A stretch of 64,000 bases of DNA. Origin: Candidatus Woesearchaeota archaeon. GTDB lineage: Archaea > Nanobdellota > Nanobdellia > Woesearchaeales > UBA10216. Below are positions 9,554-19,210 of this stretch, piece after piece (the first letter of the stretch is position 1; every line of letters starts with the position of its first letter). Made by a program: the position numbers and the translations under genes. The stretch lies in the NCBI GenBank assembly GCA_016188155.1, contig JACPIH010000002.1:68655-132654 (forward strand), written 5' to 3'. The notes beneath the pieces are model-generated. The model was given only the letters and a program-made list of their open reading frames with translations, had not been told where the DNA came from and searched no databases.

Positions 9554-10284
9554 GCCAGAAACAATTTATTATAAAACAGATGGCAAAGTTTGTTCAAAAT
9601 AGCTTACTTAGAGCATCCAATGCTAACGTCATAATCATTGTCGGGCACCCAAGGGTATCTAACTCTGAGCCGTTCAATATCACAGGAACAATCCGTAGTG
9701 GAGTAAAATCAATGCTGAAGCCTTATGCTGGAGTTGTTAAAAAGGCCACAGATTTTGTGAACAGCTACTCAGGAAAACCAGAAATTTTAGCGTATGGTAA
9801 TGGTATTCAGGGTGATGTGGCTGCAGTTAAACGCCTTATTAACGCTCGCAGTATTTTCTTGGATAAGGGCACTAACAGCAAATCGTATACCGTTTTTATT
9901 GATGACTACGACTCGTTAGGTATTTCCGTGATGGACTTAATGACGAGGAATGAGACTAAGCTGCATTTGAAGAATAATAATATCACGCTCGCGAATGACG
10001 TTAGGAAGATTCTTTTTGACAACAACTTCGAAGTGGCGGTAAAGCCTGTAAAAACTCTTAGCACAACTTCTTATGGTAATTCAACCATTTTGAGAGTTAA
10101 GAATGTCAACAGTGACTTTAGCAGAGGCTATAGGGATGTTGCCGGTATAAGTGATAAGCCTGTAGTTTTGTCAAGAGGTATTCACAGTAATCTCTTCAGC
10201 TGGCAGGATTTTGCAAGAGAATTGACCGGCGAGGGTTTTGACGCGTGGCTCATTGAAAGTGCAGCAGGGGCAGAGAATGACTAA
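9550..10284 (+). pseudogene. Orphan cassette 3: shared linker domain plus the start of a third hydrolase variant, truncated before the catalytic Ser
   Basis: VIIIVGHP...RVKNVNSDFS is shared with the 1094-aa protein; it continues KPVVLSRGIHSNLFSWQDFARELTGEGFDAWLIE and stops. No GxSxG motif. Confidence 0.75.
9628..10120 (+). repeat. Shared cassette homology block, copy 3
   Basis: Aligns with 5861-6350; 9876-9936 is identical to 6109-6169. Confidence 0.9.
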
Positions 10285-12601
10285 GGAACTTATAGAAAAA
10301 ATGTTCGTGTACCTGATTTGCCTGCTTGCAGGCTCATCTGCCGTGTTAGCTGCGAATATGACAGTTGACAAGCTTATCGATTCTTACGACTACGATTTCG
10401 ATACGGGCGTTATTAATGTAACCACATTTAGCGATTATATGATAGACCAGAACAGCAACGGGTTGAACGATACGCTTGTAATCAACTTGACTACTAATGC
10501 CTTGAACAGTTCGACGTACCTATTCATAGTGAGTCTGAATGAGAAAACAGGCTTACTGAAAAATTATACAAATGCTACTGTTAATTCCACTAGCCAGAGT
10601 GCACTAGTACTTTTTGACACCAAACTATTGAACCTTAACCAGTACAATTATTCGGTTGAAGTGCGAGGCCAAGATTACGGGCTGGTTTTCACAAAATACA
10701 AGGTCCAGACAAACAGTTATCAAAGTTATGAAAAAGGAGTTAACATAACTTTAATATCAGATGCTGCTGTTAACAATAACCTGCTCAGGATTACATTGAG
10801 CTTGAACGTCACAGAAAATAAGACCACGAGCATTACGGTTTATTTGAAGTACAATAATCAGAGCATTTCTTCCACAAAGGAAGTTACTTTAACAACGCCA
10901 TCGCAAATGGTCGATGTTGACTTTGATAATGAAACGATTAAATCAATTCACTATGTTGGCAATTACAGCATAGGAGAAGTAAAGATTGGAGAGAAATTAC
11001 TCGCTGTTAGTTATAATACGTCCTCTTACAACTATGCTGATTTTGCTAAGAGTTCTTACATCAAAAGCGTCGTAAGCGGAGCTTTTGACAATAACTCAAA
11101 CAACCTTTCAGATGCGTTGCAGGTGAATTTCACATTGAATGTTACAGAGGCGGGGGATTTCACTTTAGAGGCGCCTCTTTACACAGCCGAAGGAGAGTAT
11201 GTGACGGCAATTGCCAAGAACGTCACACTGAGCGCTGGCTTGCAGACTGTAATCACAGAAGTAGCTGGAAAGAACATATATTTGACTTACTACAATGGAG
11301 TTTTTGAGCTTTCATTTGCAAAATTGTCTTCAGGAAATAACACGAGGGATATACTTTATGATGCGCATGCGACTAATTCGACTTTTTATACTGACTTTGA
11401 AAGGCCGTCATTGCCTGACCTGAAAGTCAATATCTCAATAAATTTTTCCTCGGTTACTAACGTTACAAATATTACTGTAAACCTTAGCAATATTGGAAAT
11501 GCTCCAGCATTCAACATAATGATTAATGTTTTGGACAATGTTAGTTATGAAAATGAGTCATCGCTTTCTTACTTGAATTTAAGCGATTCTCAAGTTTTTT
11601 ACTTCACAGCCCAAAATACAACGAATGACTCGCTTTTTATAGCCATAGCTGATTTTGAAAATCTTGTTGATGAGAGTAATGAATCAAATAATTTCATTGA
11701 TACATCTCCACCACCGCCACTGCCCGTAGTTTCGCTCAAAATTGTCAGTTTATCTCAGCTTTACTCCTTAGCAACCCACAAAGTGTTCGAATTTGTTATT
11801 GAGAATAACGGCTCATCTGCAGTTAACAATGTTACTTGGAAGCTCAACCTCGGGGATGGCACCGTTATAAACAGCACCCGGAATACAAGTCTGGCCATAA
11901 ATGAAACAATACGTGTACATTTCGAATACAATTACAGTTCCGAAAGCGATTACACCGTTACAGCTAACGCTACCGCTATTGCTGAGGGCGTAACGGCCAC
12001 TAAGACACTGGTTATTAGTTCGGCTGGCACGCTTTCCCTCAGCAACTTAAAAGTGCTTTATTCTAATTTATCGGAAAGAGTGTTCGAGTTTACCATTAAC
12101 AACAGCGGCGATAACAACCTTAGCGCTAATTGGACACTCAACTTGGGAGACGGCAATGTCGTAAGTAGCACGCAAAATGCTAACCTTAACTCCAGCAAAT
12201 CCTTGCTAGTGTACGTTCAGCATGATTATTCCGCCCAAGGCGACTACTCGGTTACCGCTACTGCGCAGGGCGGCGGTCTTACGGCATCTTCCAGTATTCC
12301 TGCAGAAGTTGAGTATCTTGGAGTTAGCAACTTTTCCGTTATTAACAGCAGCGGCTCTTTGAGAACATTTGAGGCTTACGTCAAGAACTACATGGCAGTC
12401 GCAATGTCTAACGTAAGCTGGAGCCTCAATACAGGCAATGGCATTGTGAGCAGCACATCGCCAATTACCCTACAGCCTCAGGAAACCGCTTTTGTTTTTG
12501 CAAAATACAACTATACAGCAACTGGCACTTTTGCTGCCAATTTCACAGCTGTCAACAGCTCATGGAATGATTTGGAAGCATTGAACGTCACAATCACGTA
12601 A
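10277..12601 (+). CDS. Secreted surface glycoprotein with Ig-like repeats, a CARDB domain, a Pro linker and three PKD-like repeats
   Basis: Signal peptide (VYLICLLAGSSAVLA); DQNSNGLND and DNNSNNLSD repeats; LPDLKV..VDESNESNN CARDB; PPPPLP; WKLNLGDG, WTLNLGDG and WSLNTGNG; very many N-x-S/T sequons. ATG 10277 preferred over the track start 10238. Confidence 0.8.
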   Translation: MTKELIEKMFVYLICLLAGSSAVLAANMTVDKLIDSYDYDFDTGVINVTTFSDYMIDQNSNGLNDTLVINLTTNALNSSTYLFIVSLNEKTGLLKNYTNATVNSTSQSALVLFDTKLLNLNQYNYSVEVRGQDYGLVFTKYKVQTNSYQSYEKGVNITLISDAAVNNNLLRITLSLNVTENKTTSITVYLKYNNQSISSTKEVTLTTPSQMVDVDFDNETIKSIHYVGNYSIGEVKIGEKLLAVSYNTSSYNYADFAKSSYIKSVVSGAFDNNSNNLSDALQVNFTLNVTEAGDFTLEAPLYTAEGEYVTAIAKNVTLSAGLQTVITEVAGKNIYLTYYNGVFELSFAKLSSGNNTRDILYDAHATNSTFYTDFERPSLPDLKVNISINFSSVTNVTNITVNLSNIGNAPAFNIMINVLDNVSYENESSLSYLNLSDSQVFYFTAQNTTNDSLFIAIADFENLVDESNESNNFIDTSPPPPLPVVSLKIVSLSQLYSLATHKVFEFVIENNGSSAVNNVTWKLNLGDGTVINSTRNTSLAINETIRVHFEYNYSSESDYTVTANATAIAEGVTATKTLVISSAGTLSLSNLKVLYSNLSERVFEFTINNSGDNNLSANWTLNLGDGNVVSSTQNANLNSSKSLLVYVQHDYSAQGDYSVTATAQGGGLTASSSIPAEVEYLGVSNFSVINSSGSLRTFEAYVKNYMAVAMSNVSWSLNTGNGIVSSTSPITLQPQETAFVFAKYNYTATGTFAANFTAVNSSWNDLEALNVTIT

Positions 12602-12638
12602 AAAGCTTTAAAACTGAACGATTGAGAGGTGGTTTGGA

Positions 12639-14705
12639 ATGAGAAAAATCAGGGAAGCGGCAAAAGCTGGTTTGAGAAGTAACTTAGGCACAAGAGCCCT
12701 TCTGATATTTACTGTATTGGTTATTTCACTATTGCTGCTGCAGGTTGGTAGCGTGAGCTCTGCAGAACCCCAGACAGGGGCTGCTCGCGGAGGAGTTAGC
12801 GTTTGGCACGAAGTCTCAGGGGTGGGGCTCCTCAACATAACTCCGGAAGTAGCTAAGGTTGGCGAAACCGTACTGTACAACTACACTGCTTACGCCCCTT
12901 TTAATCTCGGCTTAAACCTAACGATAAAGTTTGAAAACGACGAAGGATACTTGGATTACGTAGAAGTTTTCAAGAACGTCCAGAAGACAGCCACGCTGGC
13001 TAACGTTTCAACCGAGCAGCTTTTCAACCCCTCAAACGCTTCCTTCTACAACGTAACAACAGTAAACACCAGCATACTAACAACCTTCGTAAAAGAATGG
13101 GTCGCAACGCCAACAGTCAAATACGGCATAGGCAGCGATTATTACTACACTGCAAAATTCGTTACCGGAGAGCAAGTAAGGTACAAACCGAAAGCTAAGG
13201 TTTACGGAGGCATAATCAAGTACGACGCAATCCTTCACCCTTCCAACCTTAACGCAACTCAGCCAATAAGAATAGAAATAGACCCAGTACTTAACGCCAC
13301 GGCAGCCAACATAACAAGCAACTCAGACCTGAACCTGTCAGCATCAACGGCAAGGTTCGTCCCGCCAACAAACAACCTCATACTGGGGGCGGGCAATGGC
13401 AGCAACTTGACAGAATTTGACACTTTTTCCGACAGCAACTTTAACGGCTGGACAACTTTTAATAGAAGCGCTTCGGGAAATGGGTGCGGCTCAACAACAA
13501 GAGTCGGCGTGAACAAAGGAAGCTTAAACATAACAAGCGAACAAGTAGGAACTTCTAACTGTTTCGCAACAGCTTGGATACTCACCAACCACAGCATCAA
13601 TAAGCTCGGCGGAGTTGTGGTAACTGCAAAAATCAACACAAGCAACGTGCCTTCTACAGGTCAAGTGATGATGTGCTACGCTAACCAGTATGATAAGCTT
13701 GCCAACAGCACAAGTGGCAACCCTCCTTCTTGTTACGGCAGCGCAAACTCCGGATACGACGGATTAGTAGCGTATTTTGATGGAGACTCAACATACCATT
13801 TGGCTTCAATAGTGGACGCTGGTGTTGTTTCGGTAAGCGCATCTTACGGGACAAGCAGCAGGAACAGTGTTGAAACGTGGAGGGTGTATGTTGACTGCAT
13901 TACCCCTCAAGCGCAGCTTACGATTAACGAAGTTTCTGGCGAAGGCACAGCAATAGAAGGAGCAGTTTACACCCCAAACGCAGCTGCAGACCTTTGCTCC
14001 GGAGGAGCTTTCGGAATCCAAGCGGCAGACAACGGTGCTGGCGTAAACACGATATACGTGGATAATTACAGCATCGCTAACGCTTCCGTTTTCGGAAGCC
14101 CATTCAACCTTACGCCTGCAAGATTCCAAACCAACGTCCTGAACAGCACAATAACTACGACTTCTGTGAAGATAACCAACATCACAGCATCTTATGCTAA
14201 CACGGCAGCAAATTTTTACGTTTTTGATGCTAATCACGCTAATTTGCAAAGCGTCACGGAAGGCAGCTTCAACACCATAAACAGCATCACAGGCATCGGC
14301 ATTAACGCAACATTCGTACCAGCAGACATCAATACCGTAACAGAACTCACAAGCATACTTTTGGAGTGGTCAACGGCAGGAGGAGGCGGTCCTTCAAACG
14401 CGAACGAAGCAGAAGGCGACACAGCCATTGAGTTGGGCATCAACAGCTCACTCGCATCAGCTACAAAGTACAGCGAACAACAAGTATACGTCAGAAACCT
14501 AAGCAACAACCAAACCCTTGGCACGTTCGACCGGGTAGCAAGCTTCGGCAGCCAGAGGTGGCTGCTTAACTACGTCACAAGTGGAGAGAGCTACGTCAAC
14601 GCGCCGAATTTGACTACTGCGGTTTACGTGCTGGAAATCACGAATAAGACCTCTGCACAGATAACTGACGAAGTGAGCAGGCACATCAATGCTACGAAAA
14701 GCTGA
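12639..14705 (+). CDS. Secreted Asn/Thr-rich surface protein with a beta-sandwich/lectin-like core and a Gly-linked C-terminal domain
   Basis: N-terminal hydrophobic helix, beta-rich composition, many sequons, TAGGGGPS linker before a ~100-aa C-terminal domain; GAGGTGG RBS upstream. Confidence 0.7.
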   Translation: MRKIREAAKAGLRSNLGTRALLIFTVLVISLLLLQVGSVSSAEPQTGAARGGVSVWHEVSGVGLLNITPEVAKVGETVLYNYTAYAPFNLGLNLTIKFENDEGYLDYVEVFKNVQKTATLANVSTEQLFNPSNASFYNVTTVNTSILTTFVKEWVATPTVKYGIGSDYYYTAKFVTGEQVRYKPKAKVYGGIIKYDAILHPSNLNATQPIRIEIDPVLNATAANITSNSDLNLSASTARFVPPTNNLILGAGNGSNLTEFDTFSDSNFNGWTTFNRSASGNGCGSTTRVGVNKGSLNITSEQVGTSNCFATAWILTNHSINKLGGVVVTAKINTSNVPSTGQVMMCYANQYDKLANSTSGNPPSCYGSANSGYDGLVAYFDGDSTYHLASIVDAGVVSVSASYGTSSRNSVETWRVYVDCITPQAQLTINEVSGEGTAIEGAVYTPNAAADLCSGGAFGIQAADNGAGVNTIYVDNYSIANASVFGSPFNLTPARFQTNVLNSTITTTSVKITNITASYANTAANFYVFDANHANLQSVTEGSFNTINSITGIGINATFVPADINTVTELTSILLEWSTAGGGGPSNANEAEGDTAIELGINSSLASATKYSEQQVYVRNLSNNQTLGTFDRVASFGSQRWLLNYVTSGESYVNAPNLTTAVYVLEITNKTSAQITDEVSRHINATKS

Positions 14706-14735
14706 AGGTTAAAAGCTAAAAGTTGAGACGGAAAA

Positions 14736-16205
14736 ATGACAACAACCAGAAACGCCGCATATGTCTTGTCAGCACAGGTTGTGCTGCTTTTATCAGGCAC
14801 AATAATAAGCCTGGGCCTTGGCAGGCTGCTCGGGCCCGAGCTTTACGGCAGATATGGCGTAGTATTCGCGATAGCCACAGTCATGAATATCCTGCTCGTG
14901 CCAGGAATGATGCAGGCAGTTTCTAAGTTCGTTGCCGAAAGAAAAGACAAGCCGGAAGCCGGGGCTGTTGCAAGGGCAGTTCTCAAAAAACAGCTTTTGA
15001 CAGGAGCAATCATCGCAGCTGCATACTTCTTCCTCGCGATACCATTGTCAGAAGCTTTGAGGGACAAGTCGCTGCTGCACCTTTTCCAAATAATAACGCC
15101 AATGGCAATCATATACGGCGTATCAGCCGTGTACGGAGGCTACCTCACGGGAACAGGCAGGTTCCTGGAGCAGTCAAAGCAGCTGATTCTCTACTCAACC
15201 AGCAGGCTTGTGCTGACATTCCTCCTTGCATACCTATTCTCACTGGCAGGAGCAATAATTGCGCTGCCGGTCTCAGCCATGATAGCCTTGGCCTACAATG
15301 CAAGAGTTGCAAGGCTCGGGCTAAAAAGTGAGGCACAACCAGCTGCAAGAACAGCTCAGGCAGCAGCTACAGCGGAAGTGTACAAGTTCGCACTGCCGCT
15401 GACGCTATTTTCGGTGCTAATCACGCTTTTTATGAACACAGACCTGCTGCTTGTCCAGGCGCTTCTCAACAATCCACAGGCAACAGGCTACTATACCGCC
15501 GCAAGCGCCACAGCAAGGATACCTTACTTCGTATTGACAGCACTAGCTGCACTGGTGCTTCCTGCAGTCGCTGGAAAGCTGATGGTTTCTGCCAAGGAAG
15601 CGCAGGGGTTTGTCAAGGAAACACTGAGGTACGTGCTCATCCTCCTGCTGCCGGCAACAGCTGTGTTTGCCGCAACAGCCAAGCCTTTGATGATGCTGCT
15701 CTACCGGTCAGAATACGCCCAGGCAGCAGAGCCGGCAGCCATACTGGCAATCGGGACAGCAGCGCTGACATTGGCTTATCTGCTTGCGACAGTGATAAAC
15801 GCTTCAGGAAAAACACGCGCAACAGTCGCTGTGGCGGCAGCTATGCTCATCATAAGCGTATTGGCAAATTTGGCAGTAATACCGAAGTACGGGCTTAAAG
15901 GCGCAGCCCTAGTCGTAATGTCAACATCATTAGTTGCGGTGGCTGTTTTAGCAGCTGTTGCTTACAAAAAAATAGGCAGCTTTGTCAGCTACAGGAGCCT
16001 AATCAAAATCTTGGCCTCAACTGCAGTGATTTTTGCAGTGGCAAATACTGTGCAGCTCCAAAACAAGTTCCTCCTGCCTGCAGAATACATATTCCTGGGA
16101 ATTGCTTACCTGATTCTGCTCGTACTGTTCAGGGAAATAAAAAAAGAGGACATCAAGAAAATAAAATCGCTGATACCGCTGGGAATTAAAGTGAATCAAG
16201 CTTAG
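14736..16205 (+). CDS. Oligosaccharide flippase (Wzx/MOP family)
   Basis: RLLGPELYGRY, TDLLLV..GYY.AA and IPKYGLKGAA motifs; about 12-14 TM segments. Confidence 0.9.
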   Translation: MTTTRNAAYVLSAQVVLLLSGTIISLGLGRLLGPELYGRYGVVFAIATVMNILLVPGMMQAVSKFVAERKDKPEAGAVARAVLKKQLLTGAIIAAAYFFLAIPLSEALRDKSLLHLFQIITPMAIIYGVSAVYGGYLTGTGRFLEQSKQLILYSTSRLVLTFLLAYLFSLAGAIIALPVSAMIALAYNARVARLGLKSEAQPAARTAQAAATAEVYKFALPLTLFSVLITLFMNTDLLLVQALLNNPQATGYYTAASATARIPYFVLTALAALVLPAVAGKLMVSAKEAQGFVKETLRYVLILLLPATAVFAATAKPLMMLLYRSEYAQAAEPAAILAIGTAALTLAYLLATVINASGKTRATVAVAAAMLIISVLANLAVIPKYGLKGAALVVMSTSLVAVAVLAAVAYKKIGSFVSYRSLIKILASTAVIFAVANTVQLQNKFLLPAEYIFLGIAYLILLVLFREIKKEDIKKIKSLIPLGIKVNQA

Positions 16206-16232
16206 CCATTTGCTATTATTTGTTATTATTTG

Positions 16233-16964
16233 CTATTTCTTGTTTTTTAGGCTGTTTTCCCTAACTATGGCGTTGGCCTCAAACCATGACTCCAGCGTTC
16301 CAGCGTCAGTCCAGTAGCCCTTAAGCATGCTCCAAGAAAGCCTGCCAGAGCTCAAGTAATGGGTAACCACGTCAACAATCTCCACCTCGCCACGCTTAGA
16401 TGGCTTCAACGCAGGAATCACGCCGAAAACAGTGCTGTCAAACATGTAAACGCCTGTCACGCAAAGGCTGCTTGGCGGATTAGCCGGCTTTTCGTGAATA
16501 GCAACAATTTTATCCCCTTTTAACTCAACAACGCCGTAGCGCTGCGGGTCATGGACTTCCTTAAGGAACAAGTGCGCACCGTGGCTGCTATCCTTTTCAA
16601 ACTTCACAGCATCCTCTTTCAGACTTTCCTCCATAACATTGTCACCAAGAACAACCATAACCTTGCTACCGTCAGCGAACTCCCGGGCAAGGGCAAGGGC
16701 TACTGGAATGCCCTCAGCGCCCTCTTGGCAACGATAAGTCAAATTAACGCCAAAATCCTCGCCGCTGCCAAGCAGCCTAAGAAAATCGCCAATGCTCTCG
16801 CCGCCAACAATAATAAGGATGTCCTTAATCCCAGCCGCTGCCAAGGTCCTGATAGGGTAGTAAATCATGGGCTCGTTGTAAATGGGAAGAAGGTGCTTGT
16901 TAGTGACCTTTGTCAAAGGCAGCATCCTTGTCCCCTTACCCCCAGCAAGAATCACGCCTTTCAT
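16233..16964 (-). CDS. rmlA: Glucose-1-phosphate thymidylyltransferase
   Basis: MKGVILAGGKGTRMLPLTKVTNKHLLPIY, LGDN, EKP and WTDAGT; start at 16964 overlaps the rmlB stop (ATGA). Confidence 0.9.
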   Translation of the reverse strand: MKGVILAGGKGTRMLPLTKVTNKHLLPIYNEPMIYYPIRTLAAAGIKDILIIVGGESIGDFLRLLGSGEDFGVNLTYRCQEGAEGIPVALALAREFADGSKVMVVLGDNVMEESLKEDAVKFEKDSSHGAHLFLKEVHDPQRYGVVELKGDKIVAIHEKPANPPSSLCVTGVYMFDSTVFGVIPALKPSKRGEVEIVDVVTHYLSSGRLSWSMLKGYWTDAGTLESWFEANAIVRENSLKNKK

Positions 16965-17929
16965 TTCTTTAACGGCCTCCACCACCACTCATTATCCTTA
17001 TACCATTCAACAGTTGCCTTAAGCGCATCCTCAAACCCGTGGCTGGGCTTCCAGCCAAGCTTTTTAATCTTTGCGCTCCCGATGGCATACCTGCGGTCAT
17101 GCCCTGGCCTGTCAGCAACGTGGGTTATGAGCGACTTCGGCTTCCTAAGCAGCGCAAGAACAGCATTAGTGACTTCAAGATTAGCCTTTTCATTGCCACC
17201 GCCAATATTGTAAATTTCACCAGGCTTCCCCTTCTCCATAACCAAAGCAATTGCCTCGCAGTTATCCTCAACAAAAAGCCAGTCGCGCCTGTAAAGCCCG
17301 TCACCGTAAACCGGCAGGGGCTTGTCCTCCAGCGCGTTGGTGATGAAAAGCGGGATGAGCTTTTCAGGATACTGGTAAGGCCCAAAATTGTTCGAGCTTC
17401 TGGCAACAGAAACAGGAAACCTGTGCGTCTTGAAATACGAAAGGGCAAGCAGGTCGGCTGCCGCTTTCGTTGCAGAATACGGGCTGCTGGGATTAAGCAT
17501 GGCGTCTTCCGTAAAATGGCCAGACCCGCGGCTGCCGTAAGCCTCATCAGTGCTTACTTGCACAAATTTCCTGATGCCAAGCTTTCTCGCAACTTCAATC
17601 ATCACATAAGTGCCTGTAAAATTTGTGCGGATAAAAGGCTGGGCGTCGGTGATGGACCTGTCAACATGGCTTTCTGCAGCGAAGTTAACAGCAGCATCGC
17701 AGCCGCTCATTGCTTTCTCAACAGCAAAAGCATCGCAAATATCGCCCTTTACGAATTTATAACGATTTTTGAAGCGGCTGCTGCCGGAAACGTCCCTAAG
17801 GCTGTTAAGGTTGCCGGCATAAGTCAGCTTATCAAAATTCACAACCTCAAAATCGCTGCCGCTTTCAAGCAGGCATCTGACAAAGTTGCTGCCTATGAAG
17901 CCCGCTCCCCCAGTGACCAAAACCCTCAT
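16961..17929 (-). CDS. rmlB: dTDP-glucose 4,6-dehydratase
   Basis: [39 protein letters not shown] and DRPGHDRRY. Confidence 0.95.
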   Translation of the reverse strand: MRVLVTGGAGFIGSNFVRCLLESGSDFEVVNFDKLTYAGNLNSLRDVSGSSRFKNRYKFVKGDICDAFAVEKAMSGCDAAVNFAAESHVDRSITDAQPFIRTNFTGTYVMIEVARKLGIRKFVQVSTDEAYGSRGSGHFTEDAMLNPSSPYSATKAAADLLALSYFKTHRFPVSVARSSNNFGPYQYPEKLIPLFITNALEDKPLPVYGDGLYRRDWLFVEDNCEAIALVMEKGKPGEIYNIGGGNEKANLEVTNAVLALLRKPKSLITHVADRPGHDRRYAIGSAKIKKLGWKPSHGFEDALKATVEWYKDNEWWWRPLKK

Positions 17930-17956
17930 AACAGCCAGGCATGTTAGGAAGACTTA

Positions 17957-19210
17957 TTAAAAGGTTTTGCTCTCCGAGGCAACAGTTGCAAAAAGCGCAT
18001 AAAACCTGTTCGCCAAGGCGTCCCAAGAAAAGCTCCTGGCAACATGGCTTTTTGCGGCTGCAGACAATTTTTTTCTCATTTGCGGATTTTTTAACAGCAG
18101 GGCAATCGCTGTTGCCAGCCGCTGGCGGTTTTTCTGCTCAACTAGCAAGCCTGTCTTGCCGTTAATGACTATGTCAGGTATCCCCCCGATATTGCTCGCA
18201 ACAACAGGGGTGCCTGCTGCAATTGCTTCAAGGAGCACTACGCCAAGCCCTTCAGTGTCGCCTTTCCTGTCAACGATGGAAGGCAAAACAAAAACGTCAG
18301 CAGCCCTGTAAAACGACGGCAGCGCATTGTTCGGAACGCTGCCTGCGAAAACAACATTTTCAGACAGCCCGAGCTGCTGCGATTGCCGAACCAACGCCGG
18401 TTTTTCAGGACCATCCCCAACAATAACGAGCTTGCAGCCCGGATTTTTTTTGATAATTTCAGCCATCGCCGCAATTAGATGGGTGACACCCTTCTTTTCA
18501 GCCAGTCTGCCAACAAAAAGAATCATTTTACCATCTCTTCCGCCGATGCCACATCTTTTCCTTACCGCCTCGGCCGCAGCAGGTGAAGACGAAGAAAATA
18601 GTTTCAAGTCAACGCCCATTGGAATTATGCTGATGTCCTTTCTGCCGGATATTTTCTCAACGGCAGCCCTAGTATAGATGCTATTGACGGTAACAGCAGC
18701 TGCTGACCTGACCGAAAACCTTGACAGGATTCGGAAAAAAGGTTTGTTAAGTGGAAAAACGTCACCGGCATGCGCCGTAACAACAACAGGAATCTTCAGC
18801 AGTTTGCCGATTACTGCCGCAACAAGACCCTGCGGAAGAATCCAGTGGGCATGAATAATGTCCGGGTGTTCCTTCTTTGCGGCTTTCCAGAGCGAAAAAA
18901 ACTCGGCAGCAACGAGAAAAGGCAGCTGCAGCCTTGCAAGAAAGCTTTTTTTCATATTCGGCAGGATTCCACCATCGTAGCAAAGCCTCTCAAGGCTGCT
19001 TGGCAGGAAGTAGCGGAAACGGTAAACACTCATTCCGCCAACTGTTTCATATGTTTTTGAGCCGGGATGATGCGGCATTAGGACTGAAACTTCAATGCCT
19101 TTGCTGCAAAGCCTTTTGGAAAGGTCATAAACAAAAACAGGAATGTTGTCGTTGGCCCACCTGGGAAAGGCGCTGCTGCCGGCAACGAGCACTTTCAGCC
19201 TGCTTCTCAT
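17957..19210 (-). CDS. Glycosyltransferase family 4
   Basis: HAHWILPQG, FVGRLAEKKG and EGLGVVLLEAIAAGTPVV. Confidence 0.92.
   Translation of the reverse strand: MRSRLKVLVAGSSAFPRWANDNIPVFVYDLSKRLCSKGIEVSVLMPHHPGSKTYETVGGMSVYRFRYFLPSSLERLCYDGGILPNMKKSFLARLQLPFLVAAEFFSLWKAAKKEHPDIIHAHWILPQGLVAAVIGKLLKIPVVVTAHAGDVFPLNKPFFRILSRFSVRSAAAVTVNSIYTRAAVEKISGRKDISIIPMGVDLKLFSSSSPAAAEAVRKRCGIGGRDGKMILFVGRLAEKKGVTHLIAAMAEIIKKNPGCKLVIVGDGPEKPALVRQSQQLGLSENVVFAGSVPNNALPSFYRAADVFVLPSIVDRKGDTEGLGVVLLEAIAAGTPVVASNIGGIPDIVINGKTGLLVEQKNRQRLATAIALLLKNPQMRKKLSAAAKSHVARSFSWDALANRFYALFATVASESKTF

Noticed and set aside
5861..10120. Diversity-generating retroelement (TR/VR pair)
   Set aside because: No reverse transcriptase is present, and differences between copies are not adenine-specific but mostly synonymous third-position changes.
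3100..14705. Provirus or integrative element
   Set aside because: No integrase, capsid, packaging ATPase, replication gene or att repeats are visible; treated as a variable island.
17039..17947. 302-aa plus-strand ORF, and similar ORFs at 16551-17213, 2406-3038, 51208-51714 and 54940-55443
   Set aside because: Antisense shadows of well-supported genes (rmlB, rmlA, HAD, ugd, wHTH gene) with no motifs.
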